A DNA stretch of 64,000 bases from Blastocatellia bacterium (lineage in GTDB: Bacteria > Acidobacteriota > Blastocatellia > Pyrinomonadales > Pyrinomonadaceae). Position 1 is the first letter of the stretch; each line of letters opens with the position of its first letter. The translations under genes were made by a program, and so were the position numbers. The DNA is taken from positions 6,351 to 70,350 of the forward strand of contig JAWVCT010000043.1 of the NCBI GenBank assembly GCA_033858155.1. Reading direction: 5' to 3'. The notes under the pieces are model-generated. The model did not search any database, was not told the origin of the DNA, and saw only the letters and a list, made by a program, of their open reading frames with translations. Shown one piece after another: positions 38,539-46,171 of this stretch.

Positions 38539-39579
38539 TCAAACCGAATCGAACAGGCTCGGCCGTTGTTGTCCAGTCTTGATTCCGAAATGTTGATACG
38601 AAAGTTGCGTCGCCATGCGGCCGCGCGGAGTGCGATTGAGGAACCCTATCTGAATTAGGTATGGTTCGATGATTTCTTCGATGGAATCTTTCTCTTCGTG
38701 AATCGCCGCCGACAAAGTTCCGACGCCCACTGGACCGCCTTCAAATTTTTCAATAATCGTTAGCAACAACTTACGATCCATCTCGTCGAGCCCGTACGTG
38801 TCAACTTCCATCCGATTAAGCGCGTCGTTAGCCACTGCATGGGTAATGCGACCGTCGTAATCCACTTCGGCATAGTCGCGCACGCGTCGCAGAAGACGGT
38901 TCACAATTCGCGGAGTACCACGCGCGCGCCGAGCGATTTCCAGCGCCCCGCCTTCGTCAATTTCAACTCCCAGGATGCTTGCTGACCGTTTGCAAATTGT
39001 TTCCAGGTCTTCGTGTGGATAAAAGTCCAAATGAAAGTTGATCCCAAACCTGCCGCGCAGAGGGGCAGTGATTAAGCCGGCCCTGGTAGTCGCGCCCACC
39101 AGGGTGAACTTCGGCAGATCCAACTTGATCGAGCGCGCCCCAGGACCCTGTCCGATCAGCAAATCAAGGTTGAAGTCCTCCATCGCCGGATAAAGCTTTT
39201 CTTCCAGCGCAGGTAACAATCGATGGATTTCATCGATGAATAGCACGTCGCCTTCCTGAAGGTTAGTCAGCAATGCGGCGATGTCGCCCGTCTTCTCAAT
39301 TGCCGGGCCGGAAGTGGAACGCAGTTGCGCGCCCATTTCGTTCGCGATGATATGAGCCAGAGTGGTCTTGCCCAGACCCGGCGGTCCGGTTAACAAAACG
39401 TGATCCAGCGCCTCGCGCCGCTTCACCGCGGCCTTGATATAGACGCGCAGATTTTCTTTGGCTTTGGTTTGCCCGATGTATTCGGTGAGATGAGTCGGCC
39501 GCAGCGACAGATCGAATTGACGATCTTCATCCGTCGGGATGGCGCTTAACGCTTCGGCTGCTCTGGTTGCTTTTGCCAT
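38539..39579 (-). CDS. ruvB: Holliday junction branch-migration helicase RuvB
   Basis: Walker [12 protein letters not shown], Walker B FIDEIHRL and the sensor TTRAGL. Confidence 0.95.
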   Translation of the reverse strand: MAKATRAAEALSAIPTDEDRQFDLSLRPTHLTEYIGQTKAKENLRVYIKAAVKRREALDHVLLTGPPGLGKTTLAHIIANEMGAQLRSTSGPAIEKTGDIAALLTNLQEGDVLFIDEIHRLLPALEEKLYPAMEDFNLDLLIGQGPGARSIKLDLPKFTLVGATTRAGLITAPLRGRFGINFHLDFYPHEDLETICKRSASILGVEIDEGGALEIARRARGTPRIVNRLLRRVRDYAEVDYDGRITHAVANDALNRMEVDTYGLDEMDRKLLLTIIEKFEGGPVGVGTLSAAIHEEKDSIEEIIEPYLIQIGFLNRTPRGRMATQLSYQHFGIKTGQQRPSLFDSV

Positions 39580-39619
39580 GGACGAGTGAATTGTGGATGC
39601 GAACCAAGCCGTTGGTCAA

Positions 39620-39711
39620 CTCTCTGTGAACCTCTGTGTGATCTCCGTGTCTCTGTGGTGATGATCGTTTGTTAACCACAGAGACACAGAGGACCACAGA
39701 GAACCACGGGG
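39620..39711. repeat. inverted-pair repeat, CCACAGAG family
   Basis: CTCTCTGTGAACCTCTGTGTGATCTCCGTGTCTCTGTGGT (39620-59) matches ACCACAGAGACACAGAGGACCACAGAGAACCACGGGG (39675-711). It separates ruvA from ruvB. Confidence 0.8.
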
Positions 39712-39713
39712 GG

Positions 39714-40340
39714 CTATGTTTTTGCCAAAGAGCGCAGGGCGCGGCGCAGGATCAGCTCAACCGAGAGATCGCCGCCTTCATCAATTGCCGTTTTCACTGC
39801 TTTCTCACCCGCCGATTTTTGATAACCAAGGTTGGCGAGCGCGGACATCGCGTCGTTGCGCATCGCATCTTCCGTCGTGGCCGGTGCGCCGCCGCCGGCC
39901 TGCGCGGCGAATTCCTCCTCCAACGCCGGTGAAGAAAGCGCCGCCATTTTTTCACGCAAATCGACCACGAGCCGCTCGGCGGTTTTTCGCCCGACCCCAG
40001 GTATAGCCACCAGCCGGACCAGATTGTTTGTGCGGATCGAGGCAATCATTTCGTCAGCGCTCATTCCGGATAACAACTTGATCGCCAGTGCCGGGCCGAC
40101 GCCGTTGACTGAGATTAGTTGCAGAAACAGTTCGCGTTCGCGCGCAGTCTTGAATCCGAAAAGCTGAATCGCGTCTTCGCGCACATGGGTGTAGACGCGA
40201 AGCTGTACCGGCGAACCCGCTTCGCCTAATTCATAAAAGGTCGAAAGCGGAATCGCAACTTCATAGCCAACGCCGGCGACGTCGACAATGGCCGACGTAG
40301 CTTGCTTTGAGAGCAGTGTTCCTGACAGATGAGCAATCAT
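39714..40340 (-). CDS. ruvA: Holliday junction DNA helicase subunit RuvA
   Basis: It starts MIAHLSGTLLSKQ..VDVAGVGYEV, has HhH motifs (ISVNGVGPALAIKLL, AIPGVGRKTAERL) and a C-terminal domain III. Confidence 0.9.
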   Translation of the reverse strand: MIAHLSGTLLSKQATSAIVDVAGVGYEVAIPLSTFYELGEAGSPVQLRVYTHVREDAIQLFGFKTARERELFLQLISVNGVGPALAIKLLSGMSADEMIASIRTNNLVRLVAIPGVGRKTAERLVVDLREKMAALSSPALEEEFAAQAGGGAPATTEDAMRNDAMSALANLGYQKSAGEKAVKTAIDEGGDLSVELILRRALRSLAKT

Positions 40341-40629
40341 AATAGCGCCGCCGATTATCGCGTAAGGAATTTTCAACCGCAATGTGCGGCTTGCCGCTCG
40401 ATGTGCGAAAAGCCTCGCGCTTTCCGAGAGCCCACTTAAATGAGCGGAGGCTATGCCTCGCTTCGAAGCGTAGCTTCACAGGGAATAGAGCCAGCCGGAA
40501 AGGCAAGTCCTTTCCGCACATCACGCGGCAAGCAGCATGCAACCTTCCTATTCTGCAAGCACTACTAAGCAAAACCATGACTTTCCGGCGCAGCCTTCTC
40601 GGCGTTATACTTTGCGGGCGAGCTAACGT

Positions 40630-41340
40630 ATGAAGCGAGAAAAGATTTCTGAGCTGACAACCAACCGCTTAAGCGTCTATCTGCGTTGCCTGAATGATCT
40701 GGCGGCTGCGGGAATCAAAACCGTCTCGTCTCAGGAACTCGCCGAACAATTCAATCTGAACTCAGCCCAAATCAGGAAAGACCTTGGCTATTTCGGCGAG
40801 TTCGGCGTGCGCGGAGTGGGTTACTTCATCGACGAGCTCCGAGAACATCTGACAAAGATCCTCGGGCTGGATAAGCCGCATCGCGTCGGCATCGTCGGAG
40901 CGGGACGACTGGGAACCGCGCTCGCCAACTATAACGGTCTCTCGAAATCAAACTTCGCAGTGGTAGCCTTGTTCGACAACGATCGGGAGAAAGTTGGCCA
41001 GCATGTCGGGCCCGATCAGATTCCGGTCTACGATGCGAAGAAAATTGCCAAGGTCGTTCGCGAAGAGGGAATCGACGTCTGCGTGATTGCCGTGCCCGCC
41101 CGCGTCGCTCAAAGAGTGCTGAATCAAATAATGGCTGCCGACGTAAAAGCAATTCTGAACTTTGCACCGGCAGCGCTGACTGCGCGACTGGGAGTGAAAG
41201 TTAAGACAGTTGATCTGACCACGTCGCTCGAGTCTCTGTCGTATTTTTTAGCGCGACCGCAGGCTGCTCGTTTGACTAAGGCTCAACGCAGGCCCAATAA
41301 ATTGGAAGAAATTGAAACCAGCGAAAGCACAAAGCTCTAG
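40630..41340 (+). CDS. rex: redox-sensing transcriptional repressor Rex
   Basis: The N-terminal winged helix reads RLSVYLRCLNDL..ISSQELAEQFNLNSAQIRKDLGYFGEFGVRGVGY. The Rossmann motif is VGIVGAGRLGTAL. Confidence 0.9.
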   Translation: MKREKISELTTNRLSVYLRCLNDLAAAGIKTVSSQELAEQFNLNSAQIRKDLGYFGEFGVRGVGYFIDELREHLTKILGLDKPHRVGIVGAGRLGTALANYNGLSKSNFAVVALFDNDREKVGQHVGPDQIPVYDAKKIAKVVREEGIDVCVIAVPARVAQRVLNQIMAADVKAILNFAPAALTARLGVKVKTVDLTTSLESLSYFLARPQAARLTKAQRRPNKLEEIETSESTKL

Positions 41341-41381
41341 CGGTTGCTGAAAACGCTTGTGCTATGCTCCGCCAAGGCAAT

Positions 41382-41455
41382 GCGATCCACGAACCCGCAC
41401 GAAATGACGCGAAATAAGAGCTGCGGTTCGAGTTTCGTGTGAGTTCGTGGATCGC
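41382..41455. repeat. inverted-pair repeat, TTTCGTGTGAGTTCGTGGATC family
   Basis: GCGATCCACGAACCCGCACGAAA (41382-404) matches TTTCGTGTGAGTTCGTGGATCGC (41433-455). It lies between rex and the aldolase gene. Confidence 0.8.
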
Positions 41456-41495
41456 TTTTCTGATGTCTTAATCTTAAAAAAAGAAAGACCGATAG

Positions 41496-42317
41496 TTGGA
41501 CGAACAAACCGCCAGACGCGACCTCCTACGCATTTGCCATTTGATGTACGAGCGCAGCTATGTCGTTTCATCCGACGGGAACGTAAGCGTGCGTCTGGAT
41601 GATGGTCGGATCCTGGCGACGCCGACAATGACTTGCAAGGGAAGGATGACGGATGACCTGATCGCGGTCACCGACATCGAAGGCCGGCAGTTGAATGACA
41701 GTCGCGCATCCAGCGAGCTGGCCATGCACCTTTTGATTTATCGCGAGCGGCCCGACGTGAAGGCAGTCTGTCACGCGCACCCGCCGCATGGGACCGCGTT
41801 TGCGGTTGCCGGTTTGGCGATCGACCAGCCGATACTATCTGAAGTGATCCTGACGCTGGGCTGTGTGCCGCTGGCCGAATACGGCACGCCTTCGACCGCG
41901 GAGTTGACCGACGCGATGCAACCTCTGGTCAAGCATCACAACGCTTTGCTGATGGCTAATCACGGAGCGGTCGCTTACGGAGCGGATCTGTGGCAAGCCT
42001 TCGATCGTCTCGAAACGCTCGAGCACACGGCGAAGATTGCGATTCTTTCGCGGATGCTCGGCGGTTCAAAGAATCTTTCGCCGGACGCGATCGAAAAACT
42101 AATCAATGTCCGCGAAGCCGCCGGTTATCTCGACGCAGGGGCCCGGTGCCAGGCTTGCGGTTACTTACATGAGACGACTCTGTCGTGCCCAACCGGTGAT
42201 CGTCCGGCGGCCCGCACGTATCCTTCATCGACTTCGAACGGGGCAGGGAAGGTATCCTTGACGCGCGAAGAGTTGGTGGAGCTTTTGTCTCAAGCAGCTC
42301 GCTTAAGAGAACCATAA
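41496..42317 (+). CDS. class II aldolase/adducin-family protein (fuculose-/rhamnulose-phosphate aldolase-like) with C-terminal extension
   Basis: It has SSDGNVSVR, ELAMHLLIY, VCHAHPPHGTAFA (metal His) and MANHGAVAYG. After about residue 212 comes a Pro/Ser-rich linker, then the amphipathic helix LTREELVELLSQAARL. TTG start. Confidence 0.88.
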   Translation: MDEQTARRDLLRICHLMYERSYVVSSDGNVSVRLDDGRILATPTMTCKGRMTDDLIAVTDIEGRQLNDSRASSELAMHLLIYRERPDVKAVCHAHPPHGTAFAVAGLAIDQPILSEVILTLGCVPLAEYGTPSTAELTDAMQPLVKHHNALLMANHGAVAYGADLWQAFDRLETLEHTAKIAILSRMLGGSKNLSPDAIEKLINVREAAGYLDAGARCQACGYLHETTLSCPTGDRPAARTYPSSTSNGAGKVSLTREELVELLSQAARLREP

Positions 42318-42401
42318 ATCGCCCGGCGCATAGTAACTCCGGCGGACTTGTCCTATTCTAGGTGCACTCGTGAATGCTGCTCGTCAGTTGGGAGCAAAAG
42401 A

Positions 42402-42833
42402 ATGAACAGTCTTGCTGTGTATCAGAACAAATTCGCTCCGAGTGGGTTCCAGGTATTTGAGCGCGCGATTGAAGAATCGCGTCGGAGAAATCAGAATTAT
42501 GTTTCGCTGGGGCACCTGCTCATTGCTTTGGATGCCGAGGACGGCGGTTCCTTTAGGAGTCATTTGAAGCGCTTGCGCGCTCTTCATAATCTCGAAGCAG
42601 ACCTAAAGCCCTTCGAAAACGGTATCGAGAAGATCATGGAGTCAATGCCGAAGCATGAAGGGGAGGGCGTCCGGATTGGGCCGGAAACGAAAAAGTTCCT
42701 AAGGAGAGCCCTAACGATCGCGCGAGCCAACCAGCGCGAAAAGATCGACGCGGCAGACCTTCTGTCAGCATTCTTACAGATGGCGCCTATCCCATATGTT
42801 CGTCCGGGACAGAGTGGGCTCTTTGATGCTTGA
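42402..42833 (+). CDS. stand-alone Clp N-terminal (Clp R) domain protein
   Basis: Two Clp_N repeats: FERAIEESRRRNQNYVSLGHLLIAL and FLRRALTIARANQREKIDAADLLSAFL. GGAGC precedes the ATG at 42402. There is no AAA+ module. Confidence 0.75.
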   Translation: MNSLAVYQNKFAPSGFQVFERAIEESRRRNQNYVSLGHLLIALDAEDGGSFRSHLKRLRALHNLEADLKPFENGIEKIMESMPKHEGEGVRIGPETKKFLRRALTIARANQREKIDAADLLSAFLQMAPIPYVRPGQSGLFDA

Positions 42834-42880
42834 GTTTGTTTACACGATTTACTATCGGTCCAGAACACAGGAGAAACTGA

Positions 42881-43168
42881 ATGCAAGAAGCACTGGGAAT
42901 GGTTGAGACCAAAGGTCTCGTGGCAATGATTGAAGCGGCCGATGCCATGGTCAAGGCAGCTAACGTGACTTTGATCGGCTATGAAAAGATAGGCGCCGGC
43001 TTTGTGACCGCGATCGTCCGTGGCGATGTGGCGGCGGTCAAAGCAGCGACGGATGCCGGAGCCGCGGCTGCGCGAAGAGTCGGCGAATTGGTGAGCGTGC
43101 ACGTGATTCCGCGCCCGCATGGCAGCGTCGATGATGCGATGCCGATCACGGCCCAGAGCCGCGCATGA
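42881..43168 (+). CDS. BMC-H shell protein (PduA/EutM/CcmK-like hexamer)
   Basis: [80 protein letters not shown] is the near-canonical PduA pattern. SD AGGAG. Confidence 0.97.
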   Translation: MQEALGMVETKGLVAMIEAADAMVKAANVTLIGYEKIGAGFVTAIVRGDVAAVKAATDAGAAAARRVGELVSVHVIPRPHGSVDDAMPITAQSRA

Positions 43169-43449
43169 TCATCGCCCGCATCGTAGGCACGGTCGTGGCA
43201 TCACAGAAGGATCCGCGGCTGGAAGGCAAAAAGCTGCTCATTGTTCGCCCGGTCAATCTCGACGGCACGGACACGACCGGCTATGTCGTCGCGGTCGATA
43301 CGGTTGGGGCCGGCTTTCATGAGCGCGTTTTGGTCGTAGCCGGATCGAGTGCTCGCCTGGCGCAAAATATGAAAGACGCGCCCGTCGATGCCGCGGTCGT
43401 CGGGGTGATCGATACGGTGGATATCTCGCCTGAACTCGACGGGAGGTGA
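43165..43449 (+). CDS. BMC-P vertex protein (EutN/CcmL family), paralog 1
   Basis: [29 protein letters not shown]...[22 protein letters not shown]...DAAVVGVID. There is an ATGA overlap with the BMC-H stop. Confidence 0.93.
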   Translation: MIIARIVGTVVASQKDPRLEGKKLLIVRPVNLDGTDTTGYVVAVDTVGAGFHERVLVVAGSSARLAQNMKDAPVDAAVVGVIDTVDISPELDGR

Positions 43450-43455
43450 GAGAAA

Positions 43456-43800
43456 ATGACCAATGAAGAAATCGGTCAAAGAATCGAATTCATCATCGAG
43501 CAGCAGGCGCAGTTTACTTCCGACATACAGATTCTGCGTGAGATACAAGCCGCCGATAATAAGCTGCTGAAAGAGCAATACCGGAATCTTTCGGATGCCG
43601 TGGTCGCCGTAGTAGGCATGGTCGGGAGGCTGGCCGAGGCACAAGAGCGGACTGATCGGCGAGTATCAGACTTAGCTGAGAAGGTCTCTGAACTGACTGA
43701 CGCGCAAGCCCGCACCGACGAGCGGCTAAATATTTTCATTAACGTGGTTGAGAAATATATCAGCCGCAACGGGAACAACGGCTCAACCAACTCATCGTAA
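43456..43800 (+). CDS. hypothetical coiled-coil protein (114 aa)
   Basis: Heptad-like helical sequence throughout (..LAEAQERTDRRVSDLAEKVSELTDAQARTDERLNIFINVVEKYI..). It starts 6 nt after BMC-P1 and ends 6 nt before BMC-P2. Confidence 0.65.
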   Translation: MTNEEIGQRIEFIIEQQAQFTSDIQILREIQAADNKLLKEQYRNLSDAVVAVVGMVGRLAEAQERTDRRVSDLAEKVSELTDAQARTDERLNIFINVVEKYISRNGNNGSTNSS

Positions 43801-43806
43801 GTCGTA

Positions 43807-44082
43807 ATGCAACTCGCTCGCGTCATCGGCACCGTCGTCGCAACAGTGAAGAATCCTTCCCTCGAAGGTCGCAAGCTGCTGATTGTCCAATCACTCGATA
43901 AAAATCTCTCGCCACAGGGCAAACCTTTAGTGGCCGTGGATGCTGCCGGAGCCGGCGTGGGTGAGTTGGTCTTCTGGTGCCGCGGCAAAGAAGCGAGCTT
44001 TCCGTTCAAGCGCGAAGACACCCCAACCGATTGCACGATTGTAGGGATTGTTGATTCGGACAAGCATGTCACCACTGTCTAG
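43807..44082 (+). CDS. BMC-P vertex protein (EutN/CcmL family), paralog 2
   Basis: MQLARVIGTVVATVKNPSLEGRKLLIVQ...AVDAAGAGVGELVFWCRG...DCTIVGIVD. Confidence 0.92.
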   Translation: MQLARVIGTVVATVKNPSLEGRKLLIVQSLDKNLSPQGKPLVAVDAAGAGVGELVFWCRGKEASFPFKREDTPTDCTIVGIVDSDKHVTTV

Positions 44083-44178
44083 CGCAAGATGTTATCTTGC
44101 GATGTGCTGCAAGACTCATCCTGCGATGTTTTCAGGTTTGTCAAAACGGAAAGGCCGCAAGTTAACAACTTGCGCTAC
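44083..44178. repeat. two CGCAAG..CTTGCG hairpins inside the shell operon
   Basis: CGCAAGAT-gtt-ATCTTGCG (44083-44101) and CGCAAGTT-aac-AACTTGCG (44156-44174). The 23-mer at 44156-44178 is identical to 21090-21112. Confidence 0.85.
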
Positions 44179-44183
44179 AGAAA

Positions 44184-44471
44184 ATGATTCTCGCCAAAGT
44201 CCTGGGAAACGTCGTCGCTACGCAGAAGAATGCGCGGTACGATAACGCGCGAATCATGTTGTGCGAACAGATCACTCCCGAAGGTGAGGCGACCGGCCAC
44301 ACGGTGATAGCACTGGATTCTGTCGACTCGGGAGTCGGCGATACTGTTCTAATCGTGCAGGAAGGTTGGGGCGCCTCGACCAGCGCAACCGGTAAAGTAG
44401 GCGCGGCCATCGACTCCGCTATCGTTGGCGTGGTCGATTACATCGATCTGCTGAAAGACGAGGCAAGTTGA
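44184..44471 (+). CDS. BMC-P vertex protein (EutN/CcmL family), paralog 3
   Basis: MILAKVLGNVVATQKNARYDNARIMLCEQ...ALDSVDSGVGDTVLIVQEG...DSAIVGVVD. Confidence 0.9.
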   Translation: MILAKVLGNVVATQKNARYDNARIMLCEQITPEGEATGHTVIALDSVDSGVGDTVLIVQEGWGASTSATGKVGAAIDSAIVGVVDYIDLLKDEAS

Positions 44472-44524
44472 CGGAACTGTTGAGGCTGAACTTTCACTCA
44501 GGCCCGGCTTACGCCCCCTTAGGA

Positions 44525-44603
44525 TTAGCACTTGTGCCAACCGGGCGGGACAAGTCCCGCCTCTAAACGAGTCGAGTTGGGACAAGTCCCGCGTGTCAAC
44601 GAG
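44525..44603. repeat. GGCGGGACAAGTCCCGCC-family repeat (copy 2, with extra half copy)
   Basis: TTAGCACTTGTGCCAACCGGGCGGGACAAGTCCCGCCTCTAAACGAGTCGAGTTGGGACAAGTCCCGCGTGTCAACGAG. Confidence 0.8.
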
Positions 44604-44615
44604 TAGTTAGGACTC

Positions 44616-45161
44616 ATGAGCACCGATCAAGATCAAGCAAGGTTAATTGCCGAACGCGTGGCGCGGCGGGTGAGCGGAACTCGCGGCAACGCGCCAGGCG
44701 GTGCAACGGCTCAATCAAAGAGCAGCCCACCGGCGCGAGAAGAATTGTCGGCGATCCGTGAAGGTCTGCACGATCTCGAGCACCAGCTTGATCGCATTGA
44801 ATCCAGGATCGGTCAACCGGCTAACCAATCTGAGCCAACGCGGGCGCGGCTGATCGATTTCGTGTCGTCGGGTCCGCCTTCAGCGGTCTCGCCGTCAATC
44901 ACCCAAACAACCGTTTCTCAAACACCTAAGGCGTCGCCACGAAGTTCCGGAGAGTCTTCGCAGTTTGTCCCGGCGACTCATTCGCCCTGGGTGCGAGACT
45001 TTAATCCTCCAACCGATCATCCCAGCCAGGAACGCTTCGGCATCGAAGAAGCGACCGTGTCGGAACTGGTGGAATTTTTCGAAAGCGAAAAAAAGTGTTC
45101 AGTCGAACCGGGCGGCAAGCCGTGCGATCATTGCGCCATGTGCAGCTCACGCGGATTTTAG
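44616..45161 (+). CDS. hypothetical disordered protein with N-terminal amphipathic helix and C-terminal four-Cys motif
   Basis: 181 aa. The N-terminus is DQARLIAERVARRV, a second helix is REELSAIREGLHDLEHQLDRIESRI, and a long Pro/Ser/Thr-rich stretch follows. The C-terminus is FGIEEATVSELVEFFESEKKCSVEPGGKPCDHCAMCSSRGF (C-x8-C-x2-C-x2-C). It is the last gene before the terminator. Confidence 0.6.
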   Translation: MSTDQDQARLIAERVARRVSGTRGNAPGGATAQSKSSPPAREELSAIREGLHDLEHQLDRIESRIGQPANQSEPTRARLIDFVSSGPPSAVSPSITQTTVSQTPKASPRSSGESSQFVPATHSPWVRDFNPPTDHPSQERFGIEEATVSELVEFFESEKKCSVEPGGKPCDHCAMCSSRGF

Positions 45162-45182
45162 TCGAGTTCAAAACGGACGAGG

Positions 45183-45217
45183 GCCGCTCTCTTTGATCGA
45201 GAGCGGCTTTTTCTTTC
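45183..45217 (+). terminator. intrinsic terminator of the BMC operon
   Basis: GCCGCTCTC-tttgatc-GAGAGCGGC, followed by TTTTTCTTTCT. Confidence 0.8.
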
Positions 45218-45245
45218 TCGAAGCCTAAATCTAAGCGGATTTTGA

Positions 45246-45337
45246 AAACGCAAAGGCCGCTAAGTTCTTCGCAAAGGAACGCAAACGAGTTGTCCTTAGC
45301 GTTCCTTTGCGGATTGTCTTTGCGACCTTTGCGTTAA
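45246..45337. repeat. nested palindromic repeat, CGCAAAGG/CCTTTGCG family (copy 2)
   Basis: Inner arms are GCAAAGGAACGC (45271-82) and GCGTTCCTTTGC (45299-310). Outer arms are AACGCAAAGGCCGCTAAG and CTTTGCGACCTTTGCGTTAAG. Confidence 0.8.
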
Positions 45338-45361
45338 GATGAACGCTCCAAAAGTCGTTTC

Positions 45362-46171
45362 TCAGTGCGGGATCAGTCGATGCAAGAGATAAAACAGCGC
45401 GACTCCCGCGAACACCACAATCGAAACCATCGGGTTCTTCCCCTCTGATCGATTGACTTCGGGTATTAGATCGCTGGATGCGACGTACAAAGTAACTCCC
45501 GCCGAAAAAGGCAACGCATAGGCGACCGAAGTCTGAAAGCGACTGTTCAGCAACGCCACGCCGACCACGCCGGCGAATGTGGCCGCCCCAATCGCGAGCG
45601 CAGCGCCAGCGGCCTTCTTCGACGACCGGCCAGAGGCCAACATGATCGAAGCCACAGTGAATCCTTCCGGCACTTTGTGCAGCATGATCGCGATAAATAC
45701 CAGCAAGCCCACTTTCAGATTCGTCAGGAAAGCTGCCGCAATCGAAACGCCGTCAAAGAACGTGTGAATTGTCAGACCGCCCATGGCCGCGTACGCGGCT
45801 GAAGGCTTGATCAAATGTTCGGGATGGGTTTCCTCTCCGAAGTGAAAGTGCGGAGCGATCGTGTGTTCGAACAACTGGATTAGAAGATAGCCGCCGAGCA
45901 GCAGCGTCATCGGAATCACCGCGGCCTCGGTGCTTGGTGAGTCGATCAGTTTGAGGCTCCACAGGCTGACTGATTCCGGAAGCATCTCAATAAAGATGGC
46001 CGCCAGCATGAAACCTGCACCAAGCGCGATCAAATATTTCAGCAGCCTCGTCTCGCGACGATGAGCACCCGAAGAGGCGAGCAGCAGCCCTCCCCCGAGG
46101 TTGGCCAGGGCAGCCAACGCTCCCAATAGTAGTAGGGCAGGAATTCCCGTCATCTTCAATCCAGTTTCCAC
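45362..46171 (-). CDS. ZIP-family divalent metal (zinc) transporter
   Basis: About 8 TM helices and the ZIP signature HKVPEGFTVAS. A His-rich loop reads HFHFGEETHPEH. Confidence 0.85.
   Translation of the reverse strand: METGLKMTGIPALLLLGALAALANLGGGLLLASSGAHRRETRLLKYLIALGAGFMLAAIFIEMLPESVSLWSLKLIDSPSTEAAVIPMTLLLGGYLLIQLFEHTIAPHFHFGEETHPEHLIKPSAAYAAMGGLTIHTFFDGVSIAAAFLTNLKVGLLVFIAIMLHKVPEGFTVASIMLASGRSSKKAAGAALAIGAATFAGVVGVALLNSRFQTSVAYALPFSAGVTLYVASSDLIPEVNRSEGKNPMVSIVVFAGVALFYLLHRLIPH

Noticed and set aside
40383-41495. Rex operator (TTGTGAA-N-TTCACAA type) near rex or the aldolase gene
   Set aside because: Only a weak half-site-like string (TTCGAAGCGTAGCTTCACA, about 40456-40474) was seen. 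The spacing and left half do not fit, so no site is claimed. A PWM scan of 40383-42900 is the proper test.
43476-44075. 199-aa minus-strand ORF spanning the coiled-coil and BMC-P2 genes
   Set aside because: It is antisense to two plus-strand genes with strong family signatures and tight operon spacing. It has no motif and is Ser/Thr/Cys-rich.
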